DNA of 64,000 bases from Candidatus Dojkabacteria bacterium (lineage in GTDB: Bacteria > Patescibacteriota > Dojkabacteria > JAOAGR01): assembly GCA_026415655.1 (NCBI GenBank), contig JAOAGR010000002.1, positions 64,094 to 128,093 on the forward strand. The letters run 5' to 3'. A model generated the notes under the pieces. The model saw only the letters and a program-made list of their open reading frames with translations, was not told where the DNA came from and did not search any database. Shown piece by piece: positions 1-9,210 of this stretch (position 1 is its first letter; every line of letters starts with the position of its first letter). Made by a program: the position numbers and the translations under genes.

Positions 1-127
1 ATACGTTGTCGTATTTTTTGCCTTTATGAATTTTGTTATGATGCAATCCGTTATTTCATTAATTGTTTTAATCATTATCATTGGTGCTGTATTTGCATAT
101 AATTATCTATTTCATTCTGCGCGTTAG
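1..127 (+). CDS. 3' end of a membrane protein (partial, runs off the left edge)
   Basis: Frame 2 is open from the edge: YVVVFFAFMNFVMMQSVISLIVLIIIIGAVFAYNYLFHSAR, ending at TAG 125-127; hydrophobic. Confidence 0.6.
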   Translation, partial: YVVVFFAFMNFVMMQSVISLIVLIIIIGAVFAYNYLFHSAR

Positions 128-133
128 TAAATA

Positions 134-1297
134 ATGTATAATAATCTTAGGATGATTAGAAAGTTATTTTTTATATTTTTTTTGATTACATTTTTATTCT
201 TCAGTGTACTTAACAATTCTTTTATTTTTGCAAATAATGATTTGGAAAATCAAAATCATATATATATAGCACGAGTAAGTGATGCAGAAAATATAGAAGA
301 ATATAAGCGTGTTTTAAACAGTAATATCCAGAAAGTAGAATTGGAGATATTTGCAGAAAATAATGTCCGATTTATAAAAAGAACTGAATTTAGCTTTCCA
401 AATAATCAATTCAAAAAGGCTCTTAATATTGGTGATCTTGTTATTGTAGAGACGACTTCAAAATTAGATGATAACTACGGCGGACCGATCAAAATTCTTA
501 CTTATTATCGGGAGAACAATATTTATCTTTGGATAATCATTGCTTTTATTCTTTTCTTGGTTGTAATGAGTTTTCGTTCAAACATAAAATATATTTATTT
601 TTTATCAATTCTTGTTATATCAGGAATATTTATAGTATTCTTCTTTAGAATTAATACTTATACGTTATTGATTGGTAATGTATTTTTACTATCTTCTATG
701 ACATTTCTCTATGCATTTTTTGTTTTGTACAAGCATAAGATGAATTCAATTTTACTTGCCCTATGTATATTTTTTAGCCAATTACTTTCATTTGTTCTTA
801 TATATATGCTTTCACAGTTTAAACTTGTTGGACCGACTTTTTTCTCTTTATTTTTTCCATCTATCATAGATACAAGAGAAGCATCAATATATGTATTTAG
901 TTCTATACTCGTATTTTTACATTCTATTTATTTGGCAGATCGAGTAATTTTGGATGCTATCAGTTTGAAAAAGAAAAATCCTAATATCACAAGAAATGAA
1001 CTAATTCAAAATCTACTTCTGGATACATCGAAAGTCTTATCTAATGTGATTCTTACTATTTTTGGCTTTGCCTTTGCCCTTTCTATTGTTGTCTTATTGA
1101 TAGCGAGTAATAATACTATTTTGTGGTGGAGTATAAATGCCAGTCCTTTTGTCGAATTTATAGGAATATTTGTATTTATTATTCTTAATATCCTTATTTA
1201 TGTACCTGTTATTGCTATAGTCGTTGGAAGTATTTTTGGTTCTTTAGATAGATATAAATTCACATCCGAGCAGATTGTAAAGTTAATTGATATATAA
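134..1297 (+). CDS. Multi-pass membrane protein, YibE/F-like
   Basis: Signal/TM segment, a small soluble domain (LNIGDLVIVE...YYRENNIYLW) and then many TM helices, matching YibE/F architecture. Confidence 0.6.
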   Translation: MYNNLRMIRKLFFIFFLITFLFFSVLNNSFIFANNDLENQNHIYIARVSDAENIEEYKRVLNSNIQKVELEIFAENNVRFIKRTEFSFPNNQFKKALNIGDLVIVETTSKLDDNYGGPIKILTYYRENNIYLWIIIAFILFLVVMSFRSNIKYIYFLSILVISGIFIVFFFRINTYTLLIGNVFLLSSMTFLYAFFVLYKHKMNSILLALCIFFSQLLSFVLIYMLSQFKLVGPTFFSLFFPSIIDTREASIYVFSSILVFLHSIYLADRVILDAISLKKKNPNITRNELIQNLLLDTSKVLSNVILTIFGFAFALSIVVLLIASNNTILWWSINASPFVEFIGIFVFIILNILIYVPVIAIVVGSIFGSLDRYKFTSEQIVKLIDI

Positions 1298-1398
1298 ATC
1301 AATTAGCTTTGTATTAGATTTAATTGATAGGTTAATTTACTTTATACTGAATTGCCTAATTTGTAATAAAGTAAACTTAAATTATTGTTATTTAAATT

Positions 1399-2271
1399 TT
1401 ATAAAGATTCTAGTTTTTCGTTTCGAGGTTTATTTATACCTATAAGATTTGCAAATCTTTCTGTTGTTGAAATTCTTTTGTGACCGACGACTGTGGCTAT
1501 AAATGATATACTTGCGCCTCTTGCAAGATGGTGAGCGATAAATGTATTTCTAAGATCATTTACTGTAGCGTTTTTGATGTTTGCCTTCTTAAACAATCTC
1601 TCAAGATAAAATCTTACATTTCTTTTCATTACAGGATTACCAGATTTTGTGAGAAACAACGCGGGATTGTTATAATACTTTGGTCTTATTGTTAAATATT
1701 CTTTTAATGTATTACTGGCAACGTCATTTAATGGAACGATTCTTTCGGGAGTGGACTCATACTTCTTAATTCTAATTTGTATAGGTCTATCACCCTGATA
1801 GATAATATCATCAAGCTCTATTCGACATAATTCACCCACACGCATTCCTGTCTGCAAAAGAAGCTCAACCATGGTATAGATTCTAATATCACGTTTTGCA
1901 AGGTCCCTGAGTCTATTGTATTCTTCAGGTGTTAATACACGAGGCATTTCCGCATATGCTTTGGGGCTTTTTATCTTCATTTGTGGTATAGAATTGGCAT
2001 AGTTATTTTCAATGGCAAATTTGAAGAAATTTTTAACTGCATTTAATTTACGATAAATACTTTTTAATGTGTAACCTTTATTTGTGTAATGATCTACATA
2101 AGCTTGTACGTCCTCATTCGTAATATCATTGAGCTTTTTATTTCTTACATTTTCACAAAATTCCAAGAACTGTTCAATATCTTTTGTGTAAGCGATAATG
2201 GTGTTAATAGACTTATTTGCATCTCGTAGGCTTTTTTCGTAAAGATTAACTAATTCCTTTATTTTACTCAT
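1399..2271 (-). CDS. XerC/XerD-like tyrosine recombinase-family protein with degenerate catalytic motifs
   Basis: SAM-like N-domain (TIIAYTKDI, SIYRKLNAVKNFF); TGMRVGEL, VNDLRNTF and VGHKRISTTERF motifs. Confidence 0.9.
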   Translation of the reverse strand: MSKIKELVNLYEKSLRDANKSINTIIAYTKDIEQFLEFCENVRNKKLNDITNEDVQAYVDHYTNKGYTLKSIYRKLNAVKNFFKFAIENNYANSIPQMKIKSPKAYAEMPRVLTPEEYNRLRDLAKRDIRIYTMVELLLQTGMRVGELCRIELDDIIYQGDRPIQIRIKKYESTPERIVPLNDVASNTLKEYLTIRPKYYNNPALFLTKSGNPVMKRNVRFYLERLFKKANIKNATVNDLRNTFIAHHLARGASISFIATVVGHKRISTTERFANLIGINKPRNEKLESL

Positions 2272-2404
2272 AGTAAGCTATTTATATAATATTTGATCTA
2301 TTTTGACAAGTGATATTAGAATGGCGAACCTATCTAAACGTTTTTCCTGGTTTTGAGTTGAAATTTATGTCTAAACAATTTTATTTATAATTTGAATGGA
2401 TCCA

Positions 2405-2481
2405 TGGCACGCCCGGAGAGATTCGAACTCCCGACCCCTTGTTCCGAAGACAAGTGCTCTAATCCGCTGAGCTACGGGCGC
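2405..2481 (-). tRNA. tRNA-Arg (anticodon TCG)
   Basis: Reverse complement GCGCCCG...CGGGCGT-G-CCA; anticodon arm CTTGT-CTTCGGA-ACAAG; TTCGAAT T-loop; 77 nt. Confidence 0.95.
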
Positions 2482-2643
2482 GTGCATTTATTATATCAAA
2501 TACACGAAATTCGTGTTTAGCTAATATTGAAAAGTATACATTACTTATTTTATTAGTTTGATTTTTGGCTTAGTTAAAATTACAAAAGTATTTAATTAAA
2601 CAGCTTTAATTTGATATTTAATTTCTGATAAAATGCATAAATT

Positions 2644-3540
2644 TTAGTCTGCATTTTTTATCATAAAATCTATTACCCTCTCTGCTATTTCTTTTCCAGC
2701 TGCTTTTGATATACCTTCCAGTCCTGGAGTACGATTTGCTTCTATTACATAAAACTTGCCGTATTTTGTGACCAATATATCTACACCAGATACTAAAAGT
2801 TCACAAGCTTGTGCAGCTTTTATAGCAGCTTGTTTTATTTCTTCTGAGGGATCAAATTTTTCTACACTACCTCCTAATGAAAAATTAGCTCTAAAATCGC
2901 CTTCTCTAGGTATTCGACGCATACAACCTATGTATTCATCACCAGCAATGATGATTCTCAGATCGTATTGATAATCCACTACTTCTTGAAGTAAAAACGC
3001 TGAAATTTTCTTTTCGTATTGAATAAGAATATTTTGAATGTCTTCAAGGCTATTTACTTTAAAGACTCTCGAACCTTGTCCAGTATTGGTTTGCTTCATA
3101 ATTAGAGGAAATCCTAATACACCACGATTTAGATATTCTTCTAGTTGTGACATTCTCAAAAATAAAAAGGTTTTAGGTACAGGTAAACCAGCAGAAGCAA
3201 GTTTTATCATATCTGCCCTTTTATTGATAAGATAATTTACTTTAGTCAAGTTATTATCAAATACTTTGATTCCGTTTCTACGACAATATTTGATAAGTTC
3301 TTTGGCTGTAGGTACACTGGAAAATCCTGATCTAGATATGACTATATCTACAAGATCCTTGTTTAATAATTTATCATCAAAATAAAATCTTACATTATCG
3401 GTTTCTATTTCTATATGCATTTTTCCAGGTTCAAGTATTATGACTTCAGATACGTCAGGATGTTTATAAAGTGCTTCCAATTCTGCTTTTTCTTCGTCTT
3501 TTACAGTGACTGTTTTATAAAGACCTACTTTTAATTTCAT
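2644..3540 (-). CDS. RimK/LysX-family ATP-grasp amino-acid (glutamate) ligase
   Basis: GLPVPKT, FPLIMK..TGQG, DLRIII, DFRANFSLGG, GVDIL and IEANRTPG motifs. Confidence 0.9.
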   Translation of the reverse strand: MKLKVGLYKTVTVKDEEKAELEALYKHPDVSEVIILEPGKMHIEIETDNVRFYFDDKLLNKDLVDIVISRSGFSSVPTAKELIKYCRRNGIKVFDNNLTKVNYLINKRADMIKLASAGLPVPKTFLFLRMSQLEEYLNRGVLGFPLIMKQTNTGQGSRVFKVNSLEDIQNILIQYEKKISAFLLQEVVDYQYDLRIIIAGDEYIGCMRRIPREGDFRANFSLGGSVEKFDPSEEIKQAAIKAAQACELLVSGVDILVTKYGKFYVIEANRTPGLEGISKAAGKEIAERVIDFMIKNAD

Positions 3541-3582
3541 AGTGTGATAATTATAATTCTAAAAATATATTTTTACGATACC

Positions 3583-4521
3583 ATGTCTAATAAAAAGTTC
3601 TGTATCTTTGGTCCTAGTTATAAAGGTGAAAGATCGCGTTCTATACATCTTATTTATGATGCGGCAAAAAGGATGGGATTGGATGTATATGTTTTACCAA
3701 AACGTAAATTATTAGGTTATATAGATGAAAATGGTATATTTAAATTCAGATCCCTAGATCCTGATATTGTTTTAGACGAGATAGATGTTTTTTATTTTCG
3801 TATGGTTACGGGTATTATTGATGGTAGGACTAAGGCAAGGTATAGGATTTTTCCTGAGATGATTACTTTTGCAAAATATTTGCATTTTCAACTTGGCAAG
3901 AAGGTATATGACTCTTTTCTTTTAAGGCCTGATCCTAACTTTACAAAAATTACTAATATGTATTTATTATCCCAGAATGGTATACCAAATATACAAACGT
4001 GGTTTTTTCTAAACAAAAAACAGGTACTTAAACATTTACATTTCATTAAGTTTCCTATCATAATAAAACCAGCAAATGGTACACAGGGTAGGGGAGTCAA
4101 AAGATTTGATACTAAAGAAGAATTTATTGAATATTTGAAGAATGAAGAAAGTATAATTTTCTATCCTAATATCATCCAAACAGCAATAGAAAATGATGGA
4201 GATTATAGACTTGTTGTAATAGGTGATCAGGTAGTGGCTGCACTGTGGAAAAAGCGCGATCCAAATAAAATAGTTGCAAATATGAGTCAAGGAAATAATG
4301 CAATACCTATCAAACCCGATAAAGAACTCGAAGAACTAGCAGTAAAGTCAGCAAAAATACTTGGAATAGATTTTGCAGGTGTTGATATTATCGAAGATAA
4401 AATTACAGGAAAAAGATATGTTTTAGAGGTAAATTTGTCACCGCAGATATTTTATAGTACAAAGTATAGCAATGTAAGTATTGCAGAGGAATTTGTCAAA
4501 TTTATCATTGAGAAGTCATAA
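3583..4521 (+). CDS. RimK-family ATP-grasp ligase (second, divergently transcribed copy)
   Basis: GIPNIQT, FPIIIKPANGTQGRGV, DYRLVV, ANMSQG, GVDII and LEVNLSP motifs; ATG 3583 preferred over GTG 3544. Confidence 0.88.
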   Translation: MSNKKFCIFGPSYKGERSRSIHLIYDAAKRMGLDVYVLPKRKLLGYIDENGIFKFRSLDPDIVLDEIDVFYFRMVTGIIDGRTKARYRIFPEMITFAKYLHFQLGKKVYDSFLLRPDPNFTKITNMYLLSQNGIPNIQTWFFLNKKQVLKHLHFIKFPIIIKPANGTQGRGVKRFDTKEEFIEYLKNEESIIFYPNIIQTAIENDGDYRLVVIGDQVVAALWKKRDPNKIVANMSQGNNAIPIKPDKELEELAVKSAKILGIDFAGVDIIEDKITGKRYVLEVNLSPQIFYSTKYSNVSIAEEFVKFIIEKS

Positions 4522-4541
4522 ATAAATTCATACAAAATTTG

Positions 4542-4997
4542 TTATAGATAATAAACTGATATTTCTGATCTTGGTACAGTATTGAGAATATCCGATGTCC
4601 TATGATTTAATCCTCTGTAGTTAACCAATACAAATGTATAAGTATTTCTATTGTCTAATAGTTTGTGAACTGCACTAAATAGCGTGGTGGTTTGTTCTGG
4701 AGTTAATTTAGGAATCCATGTTTGTGACTGTTCTCCAAAATATTCCATTGAGTCATGTGTCAGGTTAAAACCAGTTTCATTTGGCAGCGGTTGTCTATTT
4801 AAGTTGTTCAAATCGACATAATGTTGATGTACACCACTTAGCCTTGGGAATCTTCCTGCTCTATTTGGCTCTATACACCGATGTGGTATCACCAATATAT
4901 TAACTTGTCCTTTGTTAGTACTAGAAAATTCTTTGTATAATATCAGAGCAGTTTTTGAATCTTGCTTTCTATAATTGATGTTGAATATATAATACAT
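4542..4997 (-). CDS. Hypothetical protein
   Basis: Open frame filling the gap between the RimK-like gene and the photolyase; start uncertain (ATG 4997 overlaps photolyase ATG 4996). Confidence 0.45.
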   Translation of the reverse strand: MYYIFNINYRKQDSKTALILYKEFSSTNKGQVNILVIPHRCIEPNRAGRFPRLSGVHQHYVDLNNLNRQPLPNETGFNLTHDSMEYFGEQSQTWIPKLTPEQTTTLFSAVHKLLDNRNTYTFVLVNYRGLNHRTSDILNTVPRSEISVYYL

Positions 4998-6429
4998 GGT
5001 TATGTACATACAAAGTGTAACATATAAAAATTTATTTGTCGTTGAACATCCTCTATTATTTGGTACCGACAAGAAGTATCTGTGTAAGTTTCATAAACAT
5101 AAACTGATTTTTTTACGTGCGGTTTTGAGAGCAAAGTATGATGAGTATCTCAATAAATTTGGACCAGATAGAGTCAAATATATTGAGTTTCATGAATATG
5201 ATGATGAATCTTTTTTTGCTAGATTAGCATCTCAAAGGTTAGAATATGAAGACACAGTTGATTTTGAACTAGAGCGAAGATTAAGGTTTTATGCAAAAAA
5301 ATATTGTATTGAACTAGTCAAGAGACCTAATCCATCATTTATTACGTCTGAATCTGATATCGAGGATTACCTCAATACCACAAATAATAAAAAATTTTTC
5401 CTTACTCATTTTTATATTTGGCAGAGGAAACGGCTAGGATTGCTTATGGACGGTCAAAAACCGCTCGGTGGCAAATGGACTTTTGATCAACAGAATAGAA
5501 AGAAAATCCCTAAAAATATTGATTTGCCCAGACATCTGAAACTAGAAATAAATAAATATATCGAAGAGGCAAAAACCTATGTACAAAAATATTTTTCTGA
5601 TAATCCCGGTGATATAGACAACTTTGGTTATGCTGTCACCAGAGAAGATGCGTTGAGAATATTAGATTATTTTTTTGAATACAATATACAAAGTTTCGGA
5701 CCGTATCAGGATGCTATCGATACACGAGATGATTATTGGTTTCATTCGGTTATTTCACCTTATCTAAATATAGGGTTGATCACGATACAAGATGTATTGA
5801 ATAGACTTAGTCAATATTTTGACATCAGATACATTGCTTCATTTGAAGGTTTCCTACGGCAAATCATTGGTTGGCGAGAATTCATACGAATGGTCTACCT
5901 CAAGAAGGGAGTAAAAGTCAGAAATGGTAATTTTTTTAATCATAAAAATAAGCTACCCAAGTTTTTTTATACAGGTGATTCAGGGATTATACCACTTGAT
6001 GATGTAATAAAAAAAGTCAATAAAATAGCTTATGCTCATCATATAGAGAGGCTTATGATATTAGGTAATTTCATGTTGCTAATGGAGGTGGATCCCGATG
6101 AGGTGTATCGCTGGTTTATGGAGATGTTTATTGATGCTTATGACTGGGTGATGGTGCCCAATGTGTATAGTATGAGTCAATATGCTGATGGAGGATTAAT
6201 CACTACAAAACCTTATTTTTCTGGTTCAAATTATATACTTAAAATGTCAAATTATAAAAAAGGAGAATGGTGTGATATCTGGGATGGATTGTTTTGGAGA
6301 TTCGTATACAAAAATAAAGAATTTTTATCTAAAAATATACTAGTAGGAGCGATAACCAGACGCGATATCAATCTGGTCAAAGATAAAATTGTGAAGGCAG
6401 AAAGATTTCTGGCTAAATGTTATAGTTAG
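4996..6429 (+). CDS. Cryptochrome/photolyase-family protein (PhrB/bacterial (6-4) photolyase-like, lacking FeS cysteines)
   Basis: HKHKL, PLGGKWTFDQQNRK, FGPYQDA, EGFLRQIIGWREF, YAHHIERLM, DAYDWVMVPNV and KPYFSGSNYI motifs; start may be ATG 5002. Confidence 0.92.
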   Translation: MVMYIQSVTYKNLFVVEHPLLFGTDKKYLCKFHKHKLIFLRAVLRAKYDEYLNKFGPDRVKYIEFHEYDDESFFARLASQRLEYEDTVDFELERRLRFYAKKYCIELVKRPNPSFITSESDIEDYLNTTNNKKFFLTHFYIWQRKRLGLLMDGQKPLGGKWTFDQQNRKKIPKNIDLPRHLKLEINKYIEEAKTYVQKYFSDNPGDIDNFGYAVTREDALRILDYFFEYNIQSFGPYQDAIDTRDDYWFHSVISPYLNIGLITIQDVLNRLSQYFDIRYIASFEGFLRQIIGWREFIRMVYLKKGVKVRNGNFFNHKNKLPKFFYTGDSGIIPLDDVIKKVNKIAYAHHIERLMILGNFMLLMEVDPDEVYRWFMEMFIDAYDWVMVPNVYSMSQYADGGLITTKPYFSGSNYILKMSNYKKGEWCDIWDGLFWRFVYKNKEFLSKNILVGAITRRDINLVKDKIVKAERFLAKCYS

Positions 6430-7940
6430 GTTTTGAGTTTATAAAGTTCCCAATGATAAGGATATAGATATCTCTCTAGGCTATACATATTTTAAATGAT
6501 TTCGATTTTTTGACGGATCTTATCTGATTGAACAGGAAAAACAAACATAGGGGATTTGGGGTTAAAGGTGTTAATTATGTATTTGGGCTTCGTGTCAATT
6601 ATATTGTCTAGAAAACTGATTACCATTTTCTCATCTGTATAACCAGGTGTGTTTAGTGGATATTGGTAGACGTATTTATCCATACTCACACGTTTTGAGA
6701 AGAAGAATACTGATCCTTCAGCTCCCCATATAAGGATTCGGTCATGCAGTTCCGTAATTCTTACGATTTCATCGACAATAGTGGTTTTGATATTTATCTT
6801 ATGTAGTTCATTAATATAGGAAAGATAATTTTGGACATTAAGTAAAAATATTATCCCAATAATACTAATGCTCAGAAAGAATTTTGTGGTGACTTTATTC
6901 CTATCAATTTGAGATAATATATTATGATATATTTCTGATAATGTTTTTGCGGTAAGTATAGTAAATGTCGGTATCAAAACCATATAATAGTGATAAAATG
7001 CTCGGTCCGAAAGAGATATAAGCATTAGTTCCACAGGTTAATTTATTAGGGATAAAAAGAGTATTGGGTGTCTAAATTTGTTTTTTAAAAAAAGTATATA
7101 CAAAAATCCTGTTAAGGAGAGTAATAATATTCCGGTGTCTTGCATTCGCACTAGACCCACCAGTATAGGATAGGATCTAGATAACTCCTGTGTCTCTATA
7201 CTAGAATATACAAAGTTGAAATGAAAATTCGCATCGTAGTATTCATTTAAGGAATTGTGACTCAGAAAAAATAAGTGCCAAAAAATGAAATTCAGAAAAA
7301 CGCCAATTCCTATTGACCCAATTTGTAAGATAAATTCTTTTGCTGTTTGTTTATTGATTTTTGATAAGAATTGAAATAGGAAATACAGCCCCACAGCAAT
7401 CCATATACCAATCGCAGTTTGTTTGGTAAAGAACGCTAAACCACCTAAAATTCCAATCAAAAATAAAATTTTCTTATTTTTGTTATGCGAATATTTGTGA
7501 AAGAGATAGATTCCTAATACCTGAAACAAAATAGTATATTCTGTAGTAAGATTTCCGCCTTCTAGTGCAAAAAAGAGAGTTATTGATGCGATACATATTG
7601 CAATGAGAGAAGTTTGTTTATCAAATATCGTGCTAACTAATTTGTGTAATAGTATAAAAGAGCTAAAAATGAATATAAGTTGGATGATCCAGACACCCCA
7701 ATGTTCATTTATTAGCAGACCTAGCGCGTTTAGGTAAAATATTATAGGTGGTTTGTGATCCCATACGTCTCTGTAAGGGATTTCTCCCTCTAAGATACGC
7801 CATCCTATGTACATAAATAGACCAGAATCGCGCAAAGTGTGTGTCATGAAATTAGGGTGTAAGGGCATCATAACCATCATCGAAAATATAAAGATTAACA
7901 ACTTATCCCCAATATGGTTGATGATCTTTTTTATTTTCAT
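6426..7940 (-). pseudogene. GT39/ArnT(PMT)-like membrane glycosyltransferase interrupted by two in-frame TAA codons
   Basis: DSGLFMYIGW..GEIPYRDVWDHKPP motif; ORFs 7038-7940 and 6492-7034 share a frame (LIN*PVELM), and the frame continues past TAA 6492-6494 to TAA 6426-6428. Confidence 0.8.
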
Positions 7941-9205
7941 TATTGTTTGTAGTTTTTAATGATTATACTAATTTCACTATTTAGTCTGCGACTCTCAAAA
8001 AGTTTTTCAAGTTCGTCCTGATTGCTGATGTATTCTCTGACCACTTTGTTACCGAATAGGTATATATTTATTTTGTTATTGATGAATCCTGGTTGTGCTA
8101 GAGCAAATCCTCTGTATATTCGGTGTAAAAGTTGGTTTGTAGAATTTTTAGTCTTATTTAGAATTCTAGCTTTATTTAAAAATTGTTTTATGTTTTCTAA
8201 ATATTCATAAACAAAATATACAGGATAATTTTCAGCCAAGATTAGGGCGATTATACGTAAATAATATTTAATATTTATTAAATATTCAGATATATATTGT
8301 TCTAAAACTTTATCTTCAACATATGTTGCTATACCTTCTTCAACTAAAAATTCTTCATAAGAAGTGATAAGTCCGTTTATCCTAAAATAAGAATTATTAA
8401 TTTTTGTTCGTGTTGATTTATAGGCTCTATATATATGACCTTGTACTTCATGCTCAATTGTTTTTTGTAGATTAAAGTCATTAGAATGATATATCTTTGG
8501 TATCCTTATAGATCTACGGAGTGAATTGACTGATAAATTATGTTTTTCTGTAAAAATAAACTTATATCTTTTTCTAGGTATACCTAGATCGCGCATCTTT
8601 TGTTTTATCAATTGTTTGATATGTTGACCTGAAAACTCCCGTGATGTCAAAAAGCTTTTCTGGGCAAGCAAAATACATTCAGGATTTATTAATACTTTTA
8701 TATTTCCAATTTCATCTGTTTTATACAAATCGTATGATAGGTATTTTTTATCAATATCTATTTTTGTAAATTCATGGATAATCTTTAGTATTTGTATCCA
8801 CTCACTAACAAATATGTTTTTGAGTTTTTGTGGAAGTCTTGGGTATAAAGATTCATGGAGTTCTTTGTTTTTGATTATGTAATCATCAAAGGTTATATAC
8901 TTGGTTAAATACTCGATATTTAGAATGTTGATCCCTATATTTGTAATTATTCTCTGTATCAGATCATGATATAGATTGTAGGGGAATGTTTTGGGTATCT
9001 TCTCTTTAAGTTGAAAAAGTTTTTCTTCCTTATTCTTCAGATACCTCAAATAGTATTTAGGATTATGTACAATGATACGTGATTGATATCTGTCCGGTTG
9101 ACTGAAGTTATAGTTAGTATCAGTAATAATATGTCCCTTTTTCGTCTTTGAATATTTTTTAAGCTTTGAATATATCTCTTGATCCTCAAATACGATTTTA
9201 CCCAT
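7940..9205 (-). CDS. DUF1704 / MATCAP-like (tyrosine/phenylalanine carboxypeptidase domain) metallopeptidase
   Basis: HEVQGH (HExxxH, 8435-8452), EEGIA (QEGLA-like) and RIYRG...KINIYLFG motifs. Confidence 0.8.
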   Translation of the reverse strand: MGKIVFEDQEIYSKLKKYSKTKKGHIITDTNYNFSQPDRYQSRIIVHNPKYYLRYLKNKEEKLFQLKEKIPKTFPYNLYHDLIQRIITNIGINILNIEYLTKYITFDDYIIKNKELHESLYPRLPQKLKNIFVSEWIQILKIIHEFTKIDIDKKYLSYDLYKTDEIGNIKVLINPECILLAQKSFLTSREFSGQHIKQLIKQKMRDLGIPRKRYKFIFTEKHNLSVNSLRRSIRIPKIYHSNDFNLQKTIEHEVQGHIYRAYKSTRTKINNSYFRINGLITSYEEFLVEEGIATYVEDKVLEQYISEYLINIKYYLRIIALILAENYPVYFVYEYLENIKQFLNKARILNKTKNSTNQLLHRIYRGFALAQPGFINNKINIYLFGNKVVREYISNQDELEKLFESRRLNSEISIIIKNYKQ

Positions 9206-9210
9206 TATAT

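Noticed and set aside
1399-2481. Active integrative element at tRNA-Arg(TCG)
   Set aside because: The recombinase lacks the catalytic Tyr, no duplicated tRNA 3' end (att) is seen in the window, and flanking genes look chromosomal
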